Positions 36,583 to 44,866 of a DNA stretch of 62,351 bases are shown piece after piece. The notes under the pieces were generated by a model. The model did no database searches. It was not told the DNA's origin and worked only from the letters and a program-made list of their open reading frames with translations. Position 1 is the stretch's first letter. Every line of letters begins with the position of its first letter. This DNA comes from Actinomycetes bacterium (GTDB taxonomy: Bacteria; Actinomycetota; Acidimicrobiia; Acidimicrobiales; Bog-793): positions 300-62,650 of the forward strand of contig JAJZLV010000047.1 in NCBI GenBank assembly GCA_021803215.1, in the 5' to 3' direction. The translations under genes and the position numbers were made by a program.

Positions 36583-37705
36583 CTGGCTCTCCGGGCCCTC
36601 TCCAAGTCATTCGGCAGGACCGAGGTCCTCCGCTCACTGGACCTCGAGGTCGAGAGCGGTGCCGTCCTCTCCTTGCTCGGCGGCTCCGGCAGCTGGAAGA
36701 GGACCCTTCTCCGCCTGGTGGCCGGAACCGAGCGCCCTGACAGCGGCGAGATAGCGCTCGGTGGTCAGGTGCTGGAGGCGCCGGCGCGGCATGTGCCGCC
36801 CGAGAAGGGGCAGATCGGCTACGTCGCCGGGCAAGGGGCGCTCTCTCCCCACCTGAGCGTCGCCCGCAACCTGGCCCTCGGGCTGAGAGGCGCCGAGCGC
36901 TGCTCGAGATGGTGAACCTCCTCGAGCTGCAGGACCGCTACCCCCACGAGCTGTCCGGGGGTCGGGCCCCGCGGATCGCCCCTTGCTCCCGCCCTCGCCC
37001 CCCGGCCCGACTCGGCCTTTGGACAAACCGTTCTCGGCCCTCGACGCCGCACTGCGCTCGAGCCTTCGCTCAGAGGTCATCCAGATCCTGAGATACGAGG
37101 GCGTGAAAACCGTTGGCAGCCCTGGGGGTATTCACTTGAGCCGACTGCCCCTGGCCACGAGGCTGGCTTGTGATGCGAAGTCCCTGGTGGCCGCCCTGCG
37201 GGTCGGGTCAGATGAATACCCCAGGGCAGCCCTCCTCGTCACCCATGACCAGGAAGAGGCCCCCTCGGTCGCCGATCTCCCCGGGGTGATGGACAACGGC
37301 CGGATCTGCCAGCTCGCTGGGCCGGAGGAGCTCTACGCACGGCCGGCCGACCCGACCATTGCACGCTTGCTCAGCGAGGCCAGCCTCCTGCGGGGAGGGG
37401 CGCACGGCCGGCTGGCGAGCACCCTGATCGGCGAGCTCTCGCTGGCCGGCGCAGCACCGGAGGGCTCGGTCGTCGTGCTCGTCCGTCCAGAGCAGCTCCT
37501 GCTCGAACCAGCCCGCCGGAGCGCCGGGAAGCCCGGGCGGGTCATCCACCGGGAGTACTTCGGCCACGACAGCCTCTATCTGGTCGCGCCCGAGGGACTG
37601 ACCGAGCCGACCCGGGCGAGGGCGGCAGGACCCGCCCTCTTCGAGGTGGGGGACGAGGTCGAGACGAGTCCGAGCGGCAAGATGCTCGCCTGGCCGGCCC
37701 CCTGA
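36583..37705 (+). pseudogene. Frameshifted ABC importer ATPase (FbpC/PotA-like with TOBE tail)
   Basis: Split over three frames (36583-36915, 36909-37091, 36983-37705). Walker A is degraded to GGSGSWKRT and Walker B to RPLDKP. There is no start codon and a ~110-bp insertion precedes LLVTHDQEEA. Confidence 0.8.
37115..37233. mobile_element. MITE-like palindromic insertion inside the ATPase pseudogene
   Basis: Inverted termini GGGGGTATTCA (37124-37134) and TGAATACCCC (37213-37222), extendable to ~22/26 matches. Flanked by the direct repeat GGCAGCCCT (37115-37123 and 37225-37233). It interrupts a normally contiguous ABC motif region. Confidence 0.45.
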
Positions 37706-37758
37706 GCCAGCCGCCGCACTGGCAGCACCTGACGCCTGAGAACTGGGAGAATGGTTCC

Positions 37759-38535
37759 ATGGGATGGTCCGCTCCGATCTATCGCGCCTACGAGCGCCGA
37801 CTCCTATCGGGCCTCCCGACCGACCGGCTGCCCAAGCACGTCGGCGTCATACTCGACGGCCATCGTCGCTTCGCCCGGGCCGAACGGCTCGACTCTTACA
37901 CCGCCAGCTACAAAAGCGGCATGTCGAAGCTGCGCGAGTTCCTCCACTGGAGCGCCCAGCTGCAGCTCCCGGCCGTCACCGCCTGGGTGCTCTCGACCGA
38001 CAACCTGCGCCGGCCGCTCGAAGAGCTCGACCCCTACTTCGACGTCTTGATCGAGTTCCTCGGCGACCTCCCCTCTCTCGCGGGCGAGCTCGACTGCGGC
38101 GTGAAGGTGATCGGGAGCCTGGAGCTGCTTCCCGAACGCCTAGTCGAGGCCGCCCAGCTCGCCGAGCAGGCCGTCCCGACCACCAAGAGGAGCTGGCACT
38201 TCAACCTGGCGCTCGGCTATGGCGGCCGGGACGAGATCGTCGACGCCTGCCGCTCCCTCGTGGACAAGCTGCTCGCCGACGGCGTCGAGCCGGAGGAGCT
38301 CTCCTCCCGCATCGACATGGCAGGGCTCTCGGCCCATCTCTACACGGCGGAGCTACCCGACCCTGACCTGGTCATCCGAACGAGCGGTGAGGCACGGCTC
38401 TCAGGCTTCATGCTGTGGCAGTCCGCCTACGCCGAGTACCTCTTCGTCGACCCCTACTGGCCGGCCTTCCGGCGGGTTGACTTCTTGCGGGCGCTCCGTG
38501 ACTTCGCCCGGCGAGAGCGCCGCTTCGGCAAGTGA
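37759..38535 (+). CDS. uppS: Z-isoprenyl diphosphate synthase (UppS family, resembles the short-chain Z-farnesyl-PP synthase type)
   Basis: LPKHVGVILDGHRRFAR, ALGYGGRDEIVDA and DLVIRTSGEARLSGFMLWQSAYAEYLF motifs, with a RRERRFGK tail. Confidence 0.88.
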   Translation: MGWSAPIYRAYERRLLSGLPTDRLPKHVGVILDGHRRFARAERLDSYTASYKSGMSKLREFLHWSAQLQLPAVTAWVLSTDNLRRPLEELDPYFDVLIEFLGDLPSLAGELDCGVKVIGSLELLPERLVEAAQLAEQAVPTTKRSWHFNLALGYGGRDEIVDACRSLVDKLLADGVEPEELSSRIDMAGLSAHLYTAELPDPDLVIRTSGEARLSGFMLWQSAYAEYLFVDPYWPAFRRVDFLRALRDFARRERRFGK

Positions 38536-38863
38536 GCCTTGCCGGCAAACCGGCATGGTGACGCGAGCCTCATAGCTGGCCGGGTCGCACTGGGCCAGAC
38601 CCGATCGACCCCGCCCCGCCCCGAGCGAGAGCCGGCCTCTATATCTCAAGCGATGCTGCTCGGATGCCAAACCCGGCGGGCCGCTTTTCGCCAGCCGGAC
38701 TGAGACCGGCGCAGGCTGCGGCGCACAGCCGAGCATCGACGCTCCGAGACCATAGTCGGGGCGCTCTCGCCGACCCAGGGGGCAGGAGGCTCGCACAAGG
38801 GCCGATCTGCAAGCTCTTCTAGCTCCCGGAACCGGTTCCAACCCGAGAGCCGGCCGGATCGGC

Positions 38864-40039
38864 TTGGCACGACACCTTGAGAAGCAACCTGGGCATACAC
38901 CAACTTCCCTCCGGTCCTCGATACCCTGTCGGGCCGTGCCACCGAAGAGAAGACAGGTCCACACCTCCACAGCAGTCATACGGCGCCGCCGGCTGGCAGT
39001 CGGCTCCGGAGCCGTGATCTCGATCGCCGTCGTCATCGCGATCGTGGTGGCCCTGAGTGGCGGCGGCAGCAAGAAGGTTCCGAGCGCGCTCGGCCCGACC
39101 AGCAAGGCGAAGCCGGCCCTCTGCCCCCTCACCGACCTGCCGGCTCCGGGCGGCCACGTCCCGCAGCGGCCGGCCCTCGGCGTGAAGATCGGGAACCAGC
39201 CCTACGGCGCCCGCCCCCAGAGCGGTCTCAACGAGGCAGACATCGTCTACGACACCCCGGCCGAGGGCTTCATCATGCGCTACCTGGCCGTCTACCAGTG
39301 CCACAGCGCGGCGGTGATCGGGCCGACCCGCTCGGTCCGGTGGGTCGACTGGCACATACTGCAGGCTTTCGGCCACCCGATCCTCGCCTTCGCCGGCGGC
39401 ATCAACCCAGATGTGAACACCGTCGACAGCCTCGGCTGGCTGAAGCCGGCCGACCTGCTCGCCTCGGCTCAAGGGGCTGCCTACCGCACCACGAACCGGG
39501 TCCCGCCCGACAACCTCTACACCTCGACAGCCAAGCTCTGGGCCCTCTACCCGCACGACACGACGCCCCCGCCGCCGGTCTTCCAGTACGGCGGCAGCCT
39601 GCCCGCCTCCGCCAAGCCGACCAGCACTGCCCAGATCAACTTCTCACCCGGGACCGACGTGAAGTGGGAGTGGCAAGCCTCGGCCCACGACTGGCTGCAC
39701 ACCTACGCCGGCAGCCCGGACATCGACGCGCTCACGAACAAGCCGGTGACGACCGACAACATCATCATCCAGATCGTCCATTACCGCTTCGGCCCCTACC
39801 AGGAGAGCCCCGGTTCGACCGGCGACGTCGAGAGCCAGATGGTTGGCAGCGGCAGGGGCTGGATCCTGCGAGATGGCAAGCGCATCGCCGTCACCTGGCA
39901 CCGTAGCTCCCTCTCGTCTCCGACCACCTTCACCGACGCAGCCGGGAAGGTGGTCACTCTCACCCCCGGACGAAGCTGGGTGGAGATAGTCCCATCGACA
40001 GTCGCCCAGGTGGCCTCCAACATCACCTTCGGAGCCTGA
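38864..40039 (+). CDS. DUF3048-domain protein with N-terminal membrane anchor
   Basis: GLNEADIVYDTPAEGFIMRYLAVYQ...IGPTRSVRWVDWHIL pattern. TTG start taken from the track is uncertain. Confidence 0.75.
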   Translation: MARHLEKQPGHTPTSLRSSIPCRAVPPKRRQVHTSTAVIRRRRLAVGSGAVISIAVVIAIVVALSGGGSKKVPSALGPTSKAKPALCPLTDLPAPGGHVPQRPALGVKIGNQPYGARPQSGLNEADIVYDTPAEGFIMRYLAVYQCHSAAVIGPTRSVRWVDWHILQAFGHPILAFAGGINPDVNTVDSLGWLKPADLLASAQGAAYRTTNRVPPDNLYTSTAKLWALYPHDTTPPPPVFQYGGSLPASAKPTSTAQINFSPGTDVKWEWQASAHDWLHTYAGSPDIDALTNKPVTTDNIIIQIVHYRFGPYQESPGSTGDVESQMVGSGRGWILRDGKRIAVTWHRSSLSSPTTFTDAAGKVVTLTPGRSWVEIVPSTVAQVASNITFGA

Positions 40040-40087
40040 GCCAGACAGCCCTGAGGCAAAGGGCCGATTGCCGCTTACGATAGGAGG

Positions 40088-41011
40088 ATGCCGACCGCCA
40101 GCGTCGAGGTGCGACACCTGACCAAGCGCTTTGGCAGCGTGACCGCTGTAGACGACCTGAGCTTCACCGTCGAGGCGGGGCGCGTGACCGGCTTCCTCGG
40201 TCCGAACGGCGCCGGCAAGACGACGACGCTACGTATGCTGCTCGGCCTGATAACTCCCACAAGCGGCCAGGCGCTCGTGAACGGCGTCTCCTACCCCTCG
40301 CTCATAGAGCCGGTCCGCGCCGTCGGGGCCGTGCTCGAGTCCTCTGGCTTCCACCCTGGGAGAAGCGCCCGCAGCCATCTGCGCATCATCGCCACCGCGA
40401 CGGGTGTGGAGACCTCCCGAGTGGACGAGGTGCTCGATCTCGTCGGTCTCACGAAGGATGCCCAGCGCCGCGTCGGGGGCTACTCGATGGGCATGCGCCA
40501 GCGCCTCGAGCTCGCCCGAGCCCTGCTCGGCGAGCCCGCTGTGCTGGTTCTCGACGAGCCGGCCAACGGGCTCGACCCGCAGGGAATCGCCTGGCTCCGC
40601 TCGCTGCTGCGGTACCTCGCCTCGGCCGGCATGCTGGTTTTCATCAGCTCGCACCTGCTGGCCGAGGCCGCCCAGACCGTCGACGAGGTGGTGATCTTGA
40701 ACCATGGCCGTCTCGCCGCCCAGGGAAGGCTGAGCGAGCTGCTGGCTGAGGCAGGCGCCACGATCCGTCTTCGTTCGACCGAGCCCGAGCGGCTGGTCGC
40801 ATCGCTCTCGGCGAGAGGAATCGGCGCTCGCCGGGAGGGAGCCGACCAGGTGGTCGCGGAGTCGACGACCCCCGAGCGGGTCGGAGCTGTGGTTGCCGAG
40901 GACCGCATCGTCATCTTGGAGATGACGAGCTCCGGCGAGTCGCTCGAGGATCTCTTCTTCTCGATGACGGCGGGCGGAGCCCTGCCCGCTCGGGAGCTGG
41001 CGCAGACATGA
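40088..41011 (+). CDS. ABC transporter ATP-binding protein (ABC-2 type)
   Basis: Walker A GPNGAGKTTT, signature YSMGMRQR, Walker B VLVLDEPANGLD. Confidence 0.92.
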   Translation: MPTASVEVRHLTKRFGSVTAVDDLSFTVEAGRVTGFLGPNGAGKTTTLRMLLGLITPTSGQALVNGVSYPSLIEPVRAVGAVLESSGFHPGRSARSHLRIIATATGVETSRVDEVLDLVGLTKDAQRRVGGYSMGMRQRLELARALLGEPAVLVLDEPANGLDPQGIAWLRSLLRYLASAGMLVFISSHLLAEAAQTVDEVVILNHGRLAAQGRLSELLAEAGATIRLRSTEPERLVASLSARGIGARREGADQVVAESTTPERVGAVVAEDRIVILEMTSSGESLEDLFFSMTAGGALPARELAQT

Positions 41012-41796
41012 TCCGGCTGATGAAGGCGGAAGCCCTGAAGCTCGTCACCATCCGCTCGACCTACGCCCTGCTGCTCATGACAGCCATCGGCACGGCCGGC
41101 ATCGGAGTGGCCGTGGCTCTGGCGCCGCACAACCACGGCATCCAGCGGCTGCTCTTCCCGCCCCGCGGCACTCCGGCTTGGTACGACCTCGTCTTCTCTG
41201 CCCTGGCCTTGGCGGAGGACTTCGCCCTCGTCCTCGGCGTCATCATCATGACGGGAGAGTTCCGGCACAAGACGGCGACCCCCACCTTCCTGGCGGAACC
41301 GCGCCGGGGTCGAGTGGTGGCCGCCAAGCTCATCGTGTCGCTCGGCGCAGGCGTCGTAGTGATGGCCGCAGCCGCCTTCGCCGCTCTCGTGCTGGGGCTG
41401 TGCTTCGTGGCAGCGGGCTACGGGGGCGTGGGAGAGATGGCCGGCCGCCTCGGTCAGGCCCTGCCGGGGTACCTGGTCGCAACCGTCCTTTTCGGCACCT
41501 ACGGGATCGGGCTCGGCGCGATCCTCAAGAACCAGGTGCTGGCGCTCGTAGTGGGTCTCGGGCTAACCGCCGTGGTCGAACCGATCATCGTGGCCGCCTG
41601 GCCGACCGTCGGGCGCTGGTTCCCGAGTGAGGCGGCCCGCTCCCTCGAGACGGGCTCGAGCCTCTCTCGGTCGGGCTTCGGAGGAGGCTTGAGCCATCTC
41701 CTCCCCTCCTGGGAAGGTGCCCTCGTGCTGATCGCCTACGCCCTCGCGCTCTCGATAGTCGGCTCCATGACGACCCTTCGGACTGACATCACCTGA
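41008..41796 (+). CDS. ABC-2 family transporter permease
   Basis: Six hydrophobic helices and a 4-nt overlap with the ATPase gene. Confidence 0.8.
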   Translation: MIRLMKAEALKLVTIRSTYALLLMTAIGTAGIGVAVALAPHNHGIQRLLFPPRGTPAWYDLVFSALALAEDFALVLGVIIMTGEFRHKTATPTFLAEPRRGRVVAAKLIVSLGAGVVVMAAAAFAALVLGLCFVAAGYGGVGEMAGRLGQALPGYLVATVLFGTYGIGLGAILKNQVLALVVGLGLTAVVEPIIVAAWPTVGRWFPSEAARSLETGSSLSRSGFGGGLSHLLPSWEGALVLIAYALALSIVGSMTTLRTDIT

Positions 41797-41837
41797 GGCG
41801 AGGACAAATCACACTCGTCGCCCCCTAGCCTCTGCGC

Positions 41838-43133
41838 ATGGCGCTACAGGAGTCACGCGCCCGCGAGGAGCTGCTCACCGGGGCGCCATCGACCAGACGG
41901 CCGGGCGGCCTCGCCCCGTGGACGAGAGCGGCTCGCCGGCTCGGCATCCTCGGCCCGATGCTGCTCTGCACAGCCCAAGTGGCCTTCAACTACCTCCGCC
42001 TCGACCTGCCTGCGAGCTTCGTCGCCCGCCATCGGAGCGACCCGCGCGCCTACCATCTCTTTCTCGCCAGCCATTTCGCCTATTCGGATCTCTACACCCT
42101 GTTCTGGCACCACCATCTGTACCGGCACCCGCTTCCCTACATAGACATCCGAATCGAGTATCCGGTGGTGCTCGGTCTCTACATGACGGCGGCGGCTGGC
42201 CTGACCACGGGCGTCAAGGCCTACTTCCTTCTCTCGTCGATCGGGTTGTGGGCCTGCGCCCTCGGCTGTGTCTGGTGCCTGTGGGCCGTCTCCAAGCGGG
42301 CGGCCTGGGCCTTTGCCCTCTCCCCCCTCCTTCTCGTCTTCTCTCTTCTCAACTGGGACCTGGTCGGGATCCTATTCATGCTGCTCGGCTGGCGAGCCTG
42401 GCGACGTGATCGCTACCTGCTCTCGGCCCTCTTCCTCACCATCGGGACGTTCGCCAAGCTCTACCCGATCTTCCTCCTCTTCTTCTGCTTCGTAGCCCTC
42501 GCTCGCCGGGCACAGCAGGGCCGAGTTGCCTGGGCCGTCCTCGGCCGCTTCCTAGCCGTGGCGGCCGCTGCCGGGGCGATGCTCAATCTGCCCTTCGTAT
42601 TCATCGACGAGCGCCGCTGGGCCTACTTCTACGTCTTCAACGAGGAGCGGAACCAGCGGGTGAGCGTCCTTTACTGGTGGCACATCCTCACCGCCCACAG
42701 CTCCGCCGTGCTGGCCAACGATCTTTGGGCCGCCCTCGTGCTGGCGCTCGTCGCCGTCGGAGCCCTGCTCATCTGGCGGGGCTCCGACGCCACCAAGGTG
42801 GCGGCCGTCTCGTTCGTCTTCTTCCTCGCCCTCCAGAAGGTCTACTCACCGCAGTACCTACTGTGGGCCTTCGTCTTCGCCGTCATCGCAGAGTGGGACG
42901 GCTGGGCACTGGCTGCCATAAGCCTGGTCGGGCTCGCCGGTTACAGCTCGGCTGCCCTTCTCGAATACTTGGGCGCCCACTCGCCTCTCACAGCCATCTG
43001 GTACGCCCGGAACGTCAAGCCTCTCGAGCGGGACCTGCGGCTCAGCCTGCTCCTGGCAACCGGCACGGTGGCCGCGATGAAAGGCCGCGTCCGAGAGCGC
43101 TTCAGACCGGTGCTGCTGCACGCCCGCAGCTGA
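41838..43133 (+). CDS. Polytopic membrane protein, GT-C-like glycosyltransferase (DUF2029/GT87-like), tentative
   Basis: More than 10 hydrophobic helices and an early-loop motif SDLYTLFWHH...YIDIRIEYPVVLG. Family assignment is from memory only. Confidence 0.5.
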   Translation: MALQESRAREELLTGAPSTRRPGGLAPWTRAARRLGILGPMLLCTAQVAFNYLRLDLPASFVARHRSDPRAYHLFLASHFAYSDLYTLFWHHHLYRHPLPYIDIRIEYPVVLGLYMTAAAGLTTGVKAYFLLSSIGLWACALGCVWCLWAVSKRAAWAFALSPLLLVFSLLNWDLVGILFMLLGWRAWRRDRYLLSALFLTIGTFAKLYPIFLLFFCFVALARRAQQGRVAWAVLGRFLAVAAAAGAMLNLPFVFIDERRWAYFYVFNEERNQRVSVLYWWHILTAHSSAVLANDLWAALVLALVAVGALLIWRGSDATKVAAVSFVFFLALQKVYSPQYLLWAFVFAVIAEWDGWALAAISLVGLAGYSSAALLEYLGAHSPLTAIWYARNVKPLERDLRLSLLLATGTVAAMKGRVRERFRPVLLHARS

Positions 43134-43148
43134 GAGCAGGCCGCGCTC

Positions 43149-44477
43149 CTAGGGGCTCCCCTCGGAGAGTGGCTCTGGCTCGGCGCCCGTCCCCTTTGGG
43201 CCGAGGATGCGGGTGAGGGGCAGGGCCAGCGCGATCGCGAGGGCGATCTGGGCCCCACCTGCCACGAGAAGTGGCAAGCGGAGCCCGCCCAAGACAGCCA
43301 GTCCCCCGGCGACGAGAGAACCGGCCGGGATGGCGCCCCAGACGATTCCCCGCCAGGCGGCCGATACCCGTCCCATCAGCTCGGCTGGGACGAGCCGCTG
43401 GCGAATCGTGGTCGCTATGACCACTCCGGCGCCGACGGCGAAGCCGGTGAGGGCAAAGGAGGCTCCTGCCGGGAGCCAGGAGTGCGAACCCGCCATGAGC
43501 AGATAGCCGAGTCCGGCCACTCCACCTGACAAGATGAGCGCTACGACGCTCCCGAGGCGGCGGGCGATCCGGTCGGCGAGGAGAGCGCCGGGAAGGTTGC
43601 CGGCGGCGCCGGCGGCCACAAAGAGCCCATAACCGCCCGCGTGCACGCCCCAGTCCCTGGTCGCGACGAGCACGAGAATCCCGCTCACGAGACCCTGCAG
43701 GCCGGCCAAGCCGGCGATGAGCCCGACGAGGAGACGAAGACGCCTGTCGGCGAAGATCCGTCTCACGCCTGCCAGCACCGAGGCGCTCGACTTGCTCTCG
43801 GGCACCCTCGTCTCACCCCGCAAGCCGGGCAGAGGAAGGATCGAGCTCGCCATCGCCGCCGCGTCCATCAGGAAGGGAACGGCCCGCGAGAGGGCAAAGG
43901 TGAAAGAGCCGACGATCGGCCCCCCGAGATGCTCGGCGGCCGCCTCGGTCCCAGAGATCCGCCCGTTCGCACGGGCGAGGGCCTCTGCCGGAACCAGCTG
44001 GGGAACGGCTGCCTGGACGGCCGAATAGTAGATGGCTCGACCCGAGGCGTTCGCCAGCACCCCGAGGATGAGGAGGGCGAGGTCGATCGAGTGCGTGAGG
44101 AGCAGTACTGCCAAGAGAACGAAGAGCACCGCCCGCAAGCCGTTCGCCGCCGCCATCACACGCGAGCGCTCGAAGCGATCGGCGAAGCTACCGGCAGGAA
44201 GCGCCACGAGCAGCCATGGGAGGCGATCGGCTGCAATGACAGCCGAGACGGCCAGCGGATGCGGGTCGACCGCGACGGCCAGGAGAGGAACAGCCCCGTA
44301 GGCAAATCCGTCCCCGGCGCTCGCCAGGGCAAAGCAGGTCCACAGCTGGGCGAACCGGCGTCCGAGCGGACCCCGCCCGGCCGGGCGAGACCCGAGCGCA
44401 CGTTGGCCCGGACCCACGGGACCGGTCCCGACGGTACCGCTGGACGGCCCCGCGTCGGACAAGCCGTCCTCGCCCAT
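43149..44477 (-). CDS. MFS transporter
   Basis: 12-helix profile. SD AAGAGGGGGG precedes ATG 44477. Confidence 0.85.
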   Translation of the reverse strand: MGEDGLSDAGPSSGTVGTGPVGPGQRALGSRPAGRGPLGRRFAQLWTCFALASAGDGFAYGAVPLLAVAVDPHPLAVSAVIAADRLPWLLVALPAGSFADRFERSRVMAAANGLRAVLFVLLAVLLLTHSIDLALLILGVLANASGRAIYYSAVQAAVPQLVPAEALARANGRISGTEAAAEHLGGPIVGSFTFALSRAVPFLMDAAAMASSILPLPGLRGETRVPESKSSASVLAGVRRIFADRRLRLLVGLIAGLAGLQGLVSGILVLVATRDWGVHAGGYGLFVAAGAAGNLPGALLADRIARRLGSVVALILSGGVAGLGYLLMAGSHSWLPAGASFALTGFAVGAGVVIATTIRQRLVPAELMGRVSAAWRGIVWGAIPAGSLVAGGLAVLGGLRLPLLVAGGAQIALAIALALPLTRILGPKGTGAEPEPLSEGSP

Positions 44478-44866
44478 ACCCCCCTCTTGGTGCCGGCTAG
44501 ATCATCGCACGCGGAAAGGCAGGCCTGCCGGCTCTCTGAAAAAATCCCTAAAGCCTCAGGCCTGCCCTTCCGATACTTCTTGTGAAAATAAACATCCTGG
44601 TCACTGAGATCTGATCCATCTCAGCGGAACAACGTGTATTGAGTGGTCTTGCGGACCACTGGGTGTCAGCCCCAACTCAGGTCACGACGAGCCAACTCAA
44701 ATCACCTCCCCTCGTCCCACCAGGAGGATCCGAGGGCGCCGTTACAGCGGCGCCCTCGTTTCCAACGCAATGATGATTGCAGAACGGTCGCGAAAAGACA
44801 AGCTTCGGTCAGTACCGTGACAACACGCGTGTCACAACTGACGCCGTCAGCCGGATCGGAGAACCG

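Noticed and set aside
44600-44626. CUGAGA...CUGAUC strings reminiscent of a TPP riboswitch core
   Set aside because: It is only a simple 7-bp hairpin. The remaining THI-box elements are absent, and no downstream plus-strand gene exists.
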